Below are positions 15,985 to 27,097 of a stretch of 64,000 bases of DNA, piece by piece (within the stretch, counting starts at the first letter, position 1; each line of letters begins with the position of its first letter). Source of the DNA: Parasitella parasitica NRRL 2501 (Eukaryota > Fungi > Mucoromycota); the NCBI GenBank assembly GCA_025201805.1, contig MU619310.1, positions 2,767 to 66,766 on the forward strand. The letters run 5' to 3'. Below the pieces are notes generated by a model. That model was not told the DNA's origin and ran no database searches. It saw only the letters and a list, made by a program, of their open reading frames with translations. The translations under genes and the position numbers were made by a program.

Positions 15985-17280
15985 CCTTGGATCAAGCAAG
16001 GTGGCATTCGCTCTCTCCTTTTACTGGAATTGGCGACAGAGATCTGGTCATGGTGTCTCCAGCACAGGCTTATGATCCAATCACAGCACATTCAGGGTCT
16101 TCACAATAAGATAGCGAATGTCGAGTCTCGACATCAATTCTTCAAAGAACCAATGGATGATCAAACCACAGATATTTCAACAGATATATCAAACTTGAGG
16201 TCCTTTTTCAATTGATCTCTTTGCCGGCAAGACGACAAAGTTGTTATCAAATTACGTGTCGTGGATGCCGGATCCAGACACTCTCTATACGGTTGCGCTA
16301 TTCATCCCATGGAATCTATCTGCAAATCATCCCCTGGAATCTAATATCTCGGGCCTTGAACAAGATCTGGCAAGAACGGCTTCCCTTTGTGACTCTGGTG
16401 ATGCCTTACTGGCCGAGTGCTCTGTGGTCCCCTCTTCTTTCCCCTCCTTGCATGTTACCACCACAAGCGGTACAGACAACATCACCCAGGACGCCCCATT
16501 CATTGATACAACAGAATTGGATGCTCTTCGTGTGGAAACTTTCAAGCACCGATTACAAAAAACAAAACCTCAATGCACAAGCGGTTGAGCTATCGCAAGA
16601 ATCAGCTCCGTTTTCTAGACTGGGCAATCAATAATGCACATCTCTTTCACCTCCTTTACACTAGTCGAACTTTTCAACTTTTTTGCGGATATGCGTAGTC
16701 GTCATAAATTATAAGCTTTCACTCTGAAAAGCATACGGGCTACAGTAGCTCATTTCCATGATGAACCAAGAGGTATACGTGAAAGTGATCTGATTAACTC
16801 CTGCATAGGTTCGATGACAAAGCAAGCATCTCTCGTCTCTATACACCGACCGTCAATTGACATTTTTCCTGCGTTGAGCTTTGCTCGTTCTATTGCGGTC
16901 TCGGACCACTACTTTTATCAAGTTCTTGCGACAGAAATTGGAATCTCCGGCTTGCTATGGCGGCTTTACTCCGACTTTCAGGTGACAACCTCTTTGTAAA
17001 ACCCCATCTCATTCAACAACCTCTATCGTCCTCAACCATGTCAACTTGGCCACATTGCGATTTTATTGCACTTTGCACTCGTGAACCTAATGTTTTTATC
17101 CGTTCCTTGGCATCTTCTCGGGCGCTGGATCTTGGGGTCTCTAGGGACACTATCGTAACTCTAGGTAATAGGGCTTCCTCGTCAACCGTTGAAAACCATT
17201 ATCAAAGGAATCGGATGGCTCTCTCAGGTTCTCATAGCGGGGAACTATTTCATTCCGGGATTAGCATAATACTGTAACAT
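15985..17280 (+). mobile_element. DIRS-type tyrosine-recombinase retrotransposon remnant (RNase H end, methyltransferase-like domain, YR C-terminus)
   Basis: KQGGIRSLLLLELATEIWSWCL..QHIQGLHNKIANVESR (RNase H). DLFA..NYVSWMPDP..PWNLISRALNK..VMPYWPSALW (DIRS MT-like domain). IRSLASSRALDLGVSRDTIVTLGNRASSSTVENHY (YR RxxA..G..HY). Many frameshifts and deletions. Confidence 0.88.
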
Positions 17281-17768
17281 TTTCTATTTGCTTTGACGGT
17301 CTCAAGAAATTCTTCTTTGCACGTAGTCCCTTTCAAAAAAACAAAAGCAAAATTTCGAAAACGACAATTTGACTAAACTCCAACCTTAATTTTTCCACAG
17401 AGCTGTCAAGCATTAATCGCCCAACTTGGTAAAGATTTTGAGCCGTTAAACTATTAAAGTGCTACTTGCAGAGAATGTGATATGTCATGGAAAATTCAAG
17501 CTGCTAATTATTGTATAAACAAGCACAACCAAGTACATCAATGCAGTAATTATATAATTGCGAATACACAATAGTTTAATGGCATAAAAAAGGAGCGTAA
17601 GGTTTTTATTAATAACATCAGGGCATATATACATATATTATAACGAATGAAAGATGGGAATGGAGGATGGGCATACTGCATAGATCAAGGAGTGTATGTG
17701 AGCCATAAAAAAGTTTACAGTATAGGCATAAATTCATATATAAAACTGAGCTTTAGGTTTGCAAGTAA

Positions 17769-19562
17769 TTAGGCTCCTTCGGGATTCTCTAGAAGCAAAC
17801 GAGACAACTGCTTGGCTACACTCTTTTCCATTTGAGTTTCTCTATTAAAGTCTACTTCAGTGAAAAGATTTCCGAGATTAATGCTCAAATGTCCTAACGA
17901 TTTGCAGTTGATCGTAATACTTCCAGCGAAATCTTCTTGCATCTCTCCCGAAAGGTCGATAGTTCTTAGGATCAAGTGTTTGTTTTGAGTTTCAGTTATG
18001 AGGCGCAACATGACTATTCTGTCCAAGCCAATCCTGATATCTTCCTCGATGCAACGCAAACCATCTCTTGCCAGACCATTGTCATACTGCATATAAATTG
18101 ATCCAGTCATGAGCGACAAAGTTTCAAGATACGTTTCAGGCAAAGAGATACGATGATTTTGTCGGTTTTCTGAATCGAGAATACAGGTGTCGAAAGTCAA
18201 GTGCTTTAAATTTGGTGCGATTTTGCTTAATTTTGGAATCACCCCTTCATCAACGATGGCGCCACTTATCCTCAACCTAACCAAGTTGTTCAAGACCAAA
18301 GTGTCAGATGCTGGCGGCAAGGCGATCAACATGTCGGCAAACTTCAAACTTTCAATGTTTGGGATTATCTTGAGCAAATTGAAGAATGATGATCCTTCGC
18401 CGTGGTCTTCATCTCGGTTACCTAAATAGTCAATTTCTAAGCAGCTCACTGACCCGATTGATTTTATAATATCTTCATAAAAAGCCTGGGGTTCGTTGTC
18501 GTTCATTTCAATTTCAAATGTTGTAATTTCGCGTCGCTTGTTTCTTTGTATACTGAACTTTAGACGAGTATCTTCAATAGAGAAATAGGATCGCTTCATT
18601 TGTACATTATTTGTCTTGCTCCTGGTCATTTCAATCAATGTTTTGAACTCGTCAATATCATCCATATACCACGAAGATAATTCGACAATATCAATGTCTT
18701 TGATTGCATCTAAAATGCGCACAGCGGAACCTTCAGCTCCTTCAAAAAATTGCTTGATGATGACTTCGCGCAAATTGGGATATTTGTATCCAAGATACTC
18801 AATTGCATGAGGGCCTTCTACATCCTTAACTTCAAGCGTGCGTAGGCTTTCATTTTTTTGTACTTTTCTTGAGAGCCATATTTGAAGCTCAGATGGTTCC
18901 ATTGTGTGGCTGCCTTCAGAGACCAATTCAAGCTCAAGAGTCTGAAGCTTATTACATTTGCTCAGGATTTTGTCAAGTTCAGTAAGACTATCGGGCTTGT
19001 CCTTGTATTCCAACTCAAGTTCGACTAGGGAGCTAAATTCACCCAGTCGATCAATGACACTTGTCGAAATCGAGTTGCCATTTGATGTGTGCAATCTTTG
19101 TAGAGACTCCCTCAAGTAGAGCTGCATTTCAACAAAGGATCCATTGTTTTGCGTTGCGTTTGGTAGGCAGCGAATTTTACTGAATCTTGTGGTTGAGTCT
19201 TTCATGATGGTTAATAGATGTTCAGACATGTCTTGGTCAATTTTTCCGCTCAACTCTTTGATACTTGGTGTAAATGCTAGTTTAAGGAGCTCCTTTAATG
19301 TTGGCAAAGCATCCGCTACGTTTACTAGATTCAGAGATTTGATGTGTTCTGCTGATGCAGGCCTCATTGTTAAGAAACGATGAAATTTGAGAATGAACTG
19401 CGCATTTGTCAAACGTATTGTTCGTCCCAACATTGTTTTTTCGGCTAGAGAGCTCCAGCGTTGACAGACTACTCGACAGTCGGCTAAGTCTTTTGTAGAC
19501 TCGATTTTTTGGAATACGGCTAATAGTATTTCATTAGGTAAGTTGTTGATCGTGGTTTTCAT
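17769..19562 (-). CDS. F-box protein with LRR/RNI-like C-terminus (intronless)
   Basis: 597 aa ORF. N-terminal F-box INNLPNEILLAVFQKI...LADCRVVCQRW, followed by LxxLxL repeats. Confidence 0.9.
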   Translation of the reverse strand: MKTTINNLPNEILLAVFQKIESTKDLADCRVVCQRWSSLAEKTMLGRTIRLTNAQFILKFHRFLTMRPASAEHIKSLNLVNVADALPTLKELLKLAFTPSIKELSGKIDQDMSEHLLTIMKDSTTRFSKIRCLPNATQNNGSFVEMQLYLRESLQRLHTSNGNSISTSVIDRLGEFSSLVELELEYKDKPDSLTELDKILSKCNKLQTLELELVSEGSHTMEPSELQIWLSRKVQKNESLRTLEVKDVEGPHAIEYLGYKYPNLREVIIKQFFEGAEGSAVRILDAIKDIDIVELSSWYMDDIDEFKTLIEMTRSKTNNVQMKRSYFSIEDTRLKFSIQRNKRREITTFEIEMNDNEPQAFYEDIIKSIGSVSCLEIDYLGNRDEDHGEGSSFFNLLKIIPNIESLKFADMLIALPPASDTLVLNNLVRLRISGAIVDEGVIPKLSKIAPNLKHLTFDTCILDSENRQNHRISLPETYLETLSLMTGSIYMQYDNGLARDGLRCIEEDIRIGLDRIVMLRLITETQNKHLILRTIDLSGEMQEDFAGSITINCKSLGHLSINLGNLFTEVDFNRETQMEKSVAKQLSRLLLENPEGA

Positions 19563-21371
19563 GTTTTTTTTTTTTTATTATTTCGCTGTTTCTTGAGTTA
19601 TTGATTTTTTGATTTTTTGATTTTTTTTTGCAGTGATATGAATAGTATATAAATAAAGTTTGATTTGCTTGACTTACTCAATTTTCATGGATTTATATAT
19701 GGTCAAACTTTTGCTTATAATCATACCAGCTTGTACCTTAAAATGCCAGTCTGCATTGCTGGTTGGTGGATATAACATGGCCCCCAAGGTTATCTGAATA
19801 AGATGATCAATTAATGTGAGGGTGATATCATTCTCGTGATCTAAGGACAATGAACACCTCCATGAGGTGCCAATAGTTTGCAAATTGATCAAGAATCGAT
19901 TATATAAAGCAATCATAAGGCTACATCCAAAGCAACTAGATTTGAACTAGATAAAATAAATATGGCAGCATTTCCTAATATATGCTGAGAGAGGGAGTAC
20001 ATGGTTCATATGTCCTGATCTCTACAAGAGTAATGTACATTACACGCCGAATGTTATGTATATATTATACACACAAGAAAAATCATTAAATGGTTATTTT
20101 TTTATTTATTTATAAATGTAACCGCATGCATATAATTTTTGTTTAGCAATTTGCTCGTGTTTACTGCTTATTGCTGGTGAATATTATAAGATAGCGTGCG
20201 ATGCTTTTCTGGCATCTTCATACGAAAATATCCCGTTCCGGAAAAAAAGAACCTTTTTCCTCGTATGGATTATTTTACATGAAAATGCACATCTATTAGC
20301 CCTTTTCGAAAGTGTTTTCGTATTATTTATATCACTTCTTTTTATACATTGAGTACACATTGGATCTCTATAAGCTAAACATTAAATGTACCATTACGAT
20401 TTCATTAGAGATTTAAGCGTATCACATTTAGAATAAAGAATAAACGCTGATTACATCCAACTACCTAAAAATAAATGGAAATCAAATATTTCGAGTGGAA
20501 AGTAGAAAACCATCAAGGCACCCGATTGATTAACATTAATCCATGCGCTTCAAGATCTTTCCTAATAAGGTTGGCGATAAATGAGCTAGTCCCTGGCAAT
20601 CCTTTTTGATTTACCATTGTGCGTTCAACAATAAGGAAATGAGAAAAACCATCCAGTAGAAATTACTTTGGCAGGATCAATGCACACAAAAGTATATCCA
20701 TAAATGGACATGACAGTGAAGTTTGTTCACAGTTATGATAACAAGATTGAGTGAGTGAATAGATACTACATATTTGCTCTTTTGTCCCTGATTAATTGGT
20801 TTATTTAGATTAGCAAAAGCTCATTGCCATGATATCCTGTAATGTCGATCATACAAGAGGTTGGTACATGACGTGTTAAATTTTGTTTACGAGAATACTG
20901 CAATGGCAAAGAGAGCTAGGGAGATCAGTGATCGTGAACACAGTTGCGGGTTGCAGCAAATCACTGTCGAATCCAGGGGAGCGTCGCTCGCTAAAAAGAG
21001 CACACTCGTTTTATCAAATCCAGATTTCAGTTGCTGCATGGACGAAATATACAGCGGAACCAATTGAGACTTCATTCTTGGGAACGTCAGTTAGCATGGT
21101 GACAACAACACTCATCGATTTGGAGCCAATTTTCATTTTTTTTTTTGCCGCACTCCGTCAGCTTCTTTGCAGATTCCAATTGCAAGGCCATCGTAAGTTG
21201 CATTGCCGAGTAAAGGAACGGATTTAAGATTTGTTTCCCCACGAGCACCCAATGATTTTGATCTGCTGTACAGTTCAGCTGTCAACGTGAAAACCAAATT
21301 GTATTCGTCAACCGGTAATATCTCAGAGCTATTGTCTTTTTTTTTATATTGATTTTCACATCTTTGAAGCC

Positions 21372-21506
21372 ATGGGCTCTAAATTGGTTGTTTGCGATGT
21401 GTGTAAAGCAACATTTTCTGGATTGCCCAAACTAAGGCTGCACAACTACCGATTGCATTCAACAGGAATGAACGTTTTAGAAAATGGAGGCGAGTCAAAG
21501 CAATAG
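21372..21506 (+). pseudogene. Orphan C2H2 zinc-finger exon
   Basis: MGSKLVVCDVCKATFSGLPKLRLHNYRLH fits C-x2-C-x12-H-x4-H. No continuation found beyond the TA-CAGTG end at 21612. Confidence 0.5.
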
Positions 21507-21613
21507 TGCAAATACTGATTATTTAAAAGTCAAGTTTATTGCTTCTTTTTTCCCTTTAGTTTGTTGTTGACCAGATAAAAAAATCCTTCTAAAATAAGTT
21601 CTTCCATACTCTA

Positions 21614-21826
21614 CAGTGCAAGGTGAGCGTTAGCCCTTGTCTTTATCTGGGTATGATGAAAGCAATCTGATTATAACGTGAGCCTCAAAACTGGGAGGCT
21701 GTAGCCGTTTTAGTTAGTACAAGGCGAGCGTTAGCCCTTGGTTCTCAATAGAAATCTGACTAAAATGTGAGCCTCAAAACCGGCAGGGTGGAGCGTATAT
21801 TGGTACAAGGTGAGTGTTAGCCCTTG
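21614..21826. repeat. Array of alternating repeats A-B-A-B-A with variable spacers, beginning at a TA|CAGTG Tc1/mariner-like terminus
   Basis: A = CAAGGYGAGYGTTAGCCCTTG at 21619-21639, 21720-21740 and 21806-21826 (CAAGG/CCTTG stem). B = AATCTGAYTAWAAYGTGAGCCTCAAAAC at 21664-21691 and 21753-21780. Confidence 0.9.
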
Positions 21827-22139
21827 ACGCTTTTATTTGATTCTAATGTCCTCAACTCGGAAATAAAAGATAAGTCATGTTCATAGAGTTACTTTTGTCA
21901 TATTTAATAACCTTTCTTTTTTTTTTTTTTTTGCATTCAAGATATTTTTCAATAAAATAATGTCTAACGATGATGTACGTCCGGAGTTCATGAATTGTTT
22001 TAATGTTATGGATGAAATTTCCTAAAGATGAAGCATTCAAAAGACGATTGAGGGCCGAGGCTATAAGGCTGCTTACCTTCCTCCTTATTCGCCATTTCTA
22101 AACCCAATTGAATTGTTTTAGGCTAAATATGAAGTGTTG

Positions 22140-22520
22140 CATTCATCCAGATCACTCTTGTATTGTTCAACAATCGCTATTACTCTGTCAGAATTTCTTG
22201 CTGCTGGTATTTTTTCAAGTTTCTTTAACGTAATGTTATACTTATGTGCTCAATGTTTGCGAATGGCAGAAATAGAGATTTTCAAACCCTCAAATTTCTC
22301 ACAAAGTTTTAGCTTTAACTCATCTAATATAGCAGTACTGAAGCATTCTTTTTTGATACCGGTATAGTCTATAGAATGCTCCTCAGTCAACTTTGTACGA
22401 GGTTTTCCACGGGGTTTATATTAAGTTAAAGAGTTTCTCAACTTGTTCAAGAGTATAGTTTCTTTAAGAATCTCTCGTTTTAACGTTCGGAGCCGCATGT
22501 CTTTTTTCAACGACATGGAC
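22140..22520 (-). mobile_element. IS630/Tc1-mariner-like transposase N-terminal (HTH) remnant
   Basis: KPRGKPRTKLTEEHS...KLCEKFEGLKISISAIRKH*AHKYNITLKKLEKIPAARNSDRVI. The DDE part is missing. Confidence 0.75.
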
Positions 22521-22687
22521 TCTGCGGAAAGAAAAAAGCATTTCCAAAAAAAAAAATCATTCTCTCTCTCTCTCTTTAAATCTGTTTCCATATATTCACG
22601 TAAATATGATAGAGAATTATTCCTAAGGATAAACCGAATACCCATGGCGTATCAAAGAGTAATATCAATGACACACAATGCTTGCAA

Positions 22688-23760
22688 TTATTCTTTTGAT
22701 TCAGAAGGCTGGAATGGTGAAAGACGAGCGTCATTGTTTCTTGTTGCATGCGAGAATATGTTGAGGATGTTTTTTGCAGCCATTATATCGCGATTCCAAA
22801 TAATATTATACAAGCGGTTTCTTGACACTGTAATACAGAATGTACTCTTCGCTTTGCTGATCGTTGGACAACGTTTTCAACATTTCTTTTTTTGCAGTTG
22901 TTGCAGACTTGACTGGTGAGGTGTTCGTCTACCATTTGGACTGTAACACCACGATTTTCTTTACATTTTTAAAGAGCTTCTATGATAGTCTTTGTAGGTC
23001 CAGATCTTTTGCCTCTCATGGTAGGTGAAAATCTTCCATCTCCATAGGCAATGATGGTTTTATTTGCCTTAACTGATCCATCGGTGAAGGGCGGGAGTAA
23101 GAATAGTTGTTTCTCGTTGTTGTCTTCACATTGGTGGACGCACCCGTACGATATTTGATGCTATCATGAGTAAACATCTTGACTTTAATTTTGAAGACCT
23201 ATTCCATTTGGTTAACACATTTTTAAAATATGTACAAAAGTTTGCTACACTTACCAAAGGCCTCTGTTATAAAATTCATAAACTGTATCGTAGGATTGTA
23301 TATGCTTGCTTCAAGCAATCAAGAATTTTGAAACTTCTCTGGTTTTTAATGAATCCAGTTCTGTTATCATTCTATGAGTGTTTGTGTGCTTCGCTTGACG
23401 AACCTTTCGAATGTGAGCTGCATCATTAAGCCCACACAAGTGATAATACTCCTTTTGACCAAGTGATCTCACTCTACCAGCTTGGTCAACTATAGTAAAA
23501 ACCGTGCTAATTCCAGGGTCTGCCGCCCACACTTGGCACCCATTGTCAATATCTATTTTCTGGTCAGATGGCTTTACGGGAAGAGAGTCTTTCTTCTTTT
23601 TAGCTGTAATTCTTGAGAAGAGAAAAGAAATTGAATAACCATCCGTGTAGATAGCATTCCTAATAAAACTTGATAAGTTCTAAGGCATTACTAAATTAAA
23701 ACTATATGAACTTACTTAAAGATCTTCTTTCCATTGTATAAAGTTCAACTAACTATACAA
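22688..23760 (-). pseudogene. Fanzor1 (eukaryotic TnpB/Cas12-like RuvC nuclease) pseudogene, C-terminal half, two spliceosomal introns
   Basis: FKNAIYTDGYSISFLF; RuvC-I VWAADPG (D at 23518-20); KEYYHLCG; IIAYGDGRF; RuvC-II VDEHLTSQVCNNC (E at 22924-26); VHSVLQCQETAC; RuvC-III WNRDIMAAKNI (D at 22787-89); stop at 22688. GT-AG introns at 23660-23715 and 23199-23254. Internal stops at 23311 and ~22970, plus frameshifts. Confidence 0.92.
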
Positions 23761-24257
23761 ACTTTATCAATATTTTCTAAAATGACCAGTATTTCTGTCC
23801 TGAATGCTCATATTAATGTTAGAAGTGTGAGGTTTATAGCATGAGATATATAAATGTGGGTGGAATAAAAGTAGTGAGCACCAGCTCCTGTTTTGAAAGT
23901 AGAACGACTTTGCATAAAGAAGAAGAGATAAGAGTAAAATAGTAAAAGAGAATACAATGGATTCAAGAGCCAAGGGAGTAATTCAAAGAGCTTCAGAGAC
24001 AAAAGCATCTCTGTTGGAGATGCCATGAATCGTCAGATGAAGTTCTAATACAGTACCTACCAGTACGGTATCAGATGCGTCATCGTCTAGTCACCACAAC
24101 AGTCCACTTCTGTGCCTAGCAATTTGTTACTTGCTTCCATACTTCAACTTCTCTTTCCGGGAAACAACAAACTCGAAAAAAAAACCTACCAAAGAGTATA
24201 TATATATAAAAAAAGGACGAAATTCCAACAGTACATTCAGCCCCCCAACCTGTACAT

Positions 24258-26321
24258 ATGCGAAAGTCTACGACTCATTTAAAAGATGTGTCGAGACTTC
24301 TGAGTACAACTGTAGATAATGGGAAAAGCTCTGCAATTCCAATCACTTGCCGGCGGAACTCACATATGCGAGCCATGCTCAATACTTTTTCTCCACTAGA
24401 ACAGCAGTTACTACAACAAACTCTATTCTCTACACAATCATTAATACCCAGCAATAAACGGTCGATATTTCAAAGAGCAATGTCAACTTGCTCTTCGTCA
24501 TCAATTGCCACAGCTGTCATGGAGAAAATACCAGCGGCAACTGTACTGCCAGTTCCCATCCCTTCTTTTACAACACGGAAGCACCCTTCAAGTAGACTAC
24601 ATGGTGCCCTTAATTTTTTTAATATATCAGAACGATTAACATTAGCCGATTTGGACTATGCTATACAACTTCGCAATGCCGATCAAGCCTGGTCCATATT
24701 CGTTACCCTTGCTTCCCGACACGGCAACGACACAATACCCTTGACCCTGTGTTGCTCTTTATACGCCTTGTTGAATTTTGCAAAAAGGCTGACCGGATTC
24801 TCGAATAAAGCATCGAAACTGCGTCAAAAGCAACTTGATCAATTACTGGAATACACAGAATTCCACCAGAGTTCCACAAAGCTGTTTCTGTCATCTGTCA
24901 AAGAAATCCCAATTTCGAGCCACAAGCAATTACAAAAGGCTATTCGAACAGGGAATTACCACGTAGCATGGACGACGTTTTACCGATTTCACAAGGAGAG
25001 CAAAAAGAACACAATGAACCAGTTCAAGTTACCACGGAATACATGCATTCAATTGATGATAATGATGATGAAGGACAAACGGCTGGATAAAAATCAGCTT
25101 AAAACAAAGCTTCAACTAATCGCTCTGCATGGGTCAGGGAATTCAGAGTATGATAGTAGGTACCTGTCAGCTGCCGATCTCGGTCGCTTGGCTTATATTT
25201 GCCGTGGATATCAAAAAAATGCGACAATAGCACATGGTTTGATTGACGAATTTGTGCTGGGATTGCCAAAGAGGAAGCAGTCAAACAGGGCAGATGCGTT
25301 GGATGAGCTGATATGGAGGATTTTGGTCAATGGAGACTTGCACAAGGCGAATCAAGTACTGCAAACGGTTCAACAGAGTATGACAGGCAAGGTGACAATC
25401 AACGAAATGGTATTTGTGAATTTAATGAACGCATATGGGCGGCAAGGAAAACATCACGAGTCGCTAAAGATTTTTGAGCAACTTTTGGAAACCAGGCAGC
25501 AGCCTACGACCAAAGCGTTTAATGCAGTGCTACAAATCTTTGCAGCGCAGGGATCAGCAGACAGGGCCGGGTTTATTTTTGAAACAATGAATCAACTAGA
25601 TGTCAAGCCTGATGCAGCAACTTTTACCGAATTGATTCGAGCCAACGGGCGCGCTGGACATATGAAAATGTGCATTCATTTCTACAACAAAATGCTACAA
25701 AGCCATATCCCACCTAATGTATATACTTACAGCGCACTCATAGAAGCCGCATCACGACGGAACGATATCAAGTCTGTGTTTCGATGGTTCCAAATCATGG
25801 TGTCAGACAATGTCCAACCCAATCAAGTCGTTTTATCCTGTATATTAAAATCACTCTCCAAACAACACGACGAATATCCCAACATGCCCGACGCGGTCCT
25901 TCACATTGCACATCAAGCTGCTATGGCAGGTGTTAAAACTGACGCAGCACTTTATACCATCCTGCTCAAAATGCAGGCAGAATCCACTGGAATTAGCGGA
26001 GCGCTCAAAGTTCATCGTGACATGTTGACACAATCAGTCGAGCCCAACACCTATACTTATACCATACTTATGGATGCTTGCGGCAAGAACAAGATGCCAG
26101 AAACTGCCGAGAAAATATTCGATCTGATGAAGAAAAGCCAACGACATCGGCCCAATACAGTGACCTATAGCGTCATGATGGACGCCTGGCTGAAAGCTAA
26201 TAGACGAGAAAAGGTAGAGTCGCTTAAATTGGAATTTCTGCAGGAATGCAAATCGGATAAAACTGGTCGATTCTGGCTTGACTCGAGAATTGGCAATCGA
26301 ATCAAATCTAGATGCTGTTGA
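24258..26321 (+). CDS. Pentatricopeptide-repeat (PPR) protein, probably mitochondrial
   Basis: 687 aa ORF with tandem ~35 aa repeats (FVNLMNAYGRQG, FNAVLQIFAAQG, PDAATFTELI, PNVYTYSALI, PNTYTYTILM, PNTVTYSVMM) and a basic/Ser-rich N-terminus. Confidence 0.93.
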   Translation: MRKSTTHLKDVSRLLSTTVDNGKSSAIPITCRRNSHMRAMLNTFSPLEQQLLQQTLFSTQSLIPSNKRSIFQRAMSTCSSSSIATAVMEKIPAATVLPVPIPSFTTRKHPSSRLHGALNFFNISERLTLADLDYAIQLRNADQAWSIFVTLASRHGNDTIPLTLCCSLYALLNFAKRLTGFSNKASKLRQKQLDQLLEYTEFHQSSTKLFLSSVKEIPISSHKQLQKAIRTGNYHVAWTTFYRFHKESKKNTMNQFKLPRNTCIQLMIMMMKDKRLDKNQLKTKLQLIALHGSGNSEYDSRYLSAADLGRLAYICRGYQKNATIAHGLIDEFVLGLPKRKQSNRADALDELIWRILVNGDLHKANQVLQTVQQSMTGKVTINEMVFVNLMNAYGRQGKHHESLKIFEQLLETRQQPTTKAFNAVLQIFAAQGSADRAGFIFETMNQLDVKPDAATFTELIRANGRAGHMKMCIHFYNKMLQSHIPPNVYTYSALIEAASRRNDIKSVFRWFQIMVSDNVQPNQVVLSCILKSLSKQHDEYPNMPDAVLHIAHQAAMAGVKTDAALYTILLKMQAESTGISGALKVHRDMLTQSVEPNTYTYTILMDACGKNKMPETAEKIFDLMKKSQRHRPNTVTYSVMMDAWLKANRREKVESLKLEFLQECKSDKTGRFWLDSRIGNRIKSRCC

Positions 26322-27097
26322 CTTGGACGTGCGGGGTCAACCAATAGCAAACAAACAAACAAAAAATTAGAATTATAAATGTGGCCTCACACACATGGCT
26401 TTGTTACATAGTATTTCCTACTTGAGATTTTTTTTTTTTTTTTGTTTTTTGATGGGAGAATTAGCATCACAAAATCATTGCCGTAAATCAAGGCTCATGA
26501 CCAAAAATGAGTGGGTCCCCATCTCTAGAAAGAGCAACAAAGACAATGTAATAATGGTTTGAGAGATTGACTGCGCAAGAAATGAATTCAAGCGTGGTCG
26601 TTTGCTATCCTTCATAAAAGTAATCTTGATACCGTGTCTTGTCTACACCCAAATACCGCCATTCTTCAATGGCAAAATGTTGATAATTGGTGAGGGCTAA
26701 TGGTAGAGAGGAGGGGTAAATGCCACTGCCTAGCTATTTCAGGCACAAAGCGGCTATCTTGCTGCAATTATCGCAAATTTCGGTACGAGAGAAAGACATA
26801 CGAAAGATGCTTAACAAGCAGCAGAGCTTCCCTGTCTATTTACTCGGCAAGCATAAGACACCGCGAATGTGGTTCCCAGAGACAAAATGAGGGGGGAGGG
26901 GGGGGGACTGGGGACTTTTTTTTCCAAAGAACCTAGAACCCAAGCCCTAGATGCTGAATACTACCTACGGTACAACATTACAGTTTAGGAAATGTACGTG
27001 GTGTCATGCACTGATAGTCGCTGGAAATGATCCAAGAAAAGTGTCAATAATAAAATACGTTTTCTTTATTTCTTTTATATGTATATATATACAGAAT

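Noticed and set aside
19674-21330. Short ORFs between the F-box gene and the C2H2 fragment
   Set aside because: No recognisable domains or consistent splice structure.
21619-21826. Calling the repeat array a CRISPR array
   Set aside because: Eukaryotic context, no cas genes, only three units, and two alternating repeats with unequal spacing. Kept as a repeat and hypothesis only.
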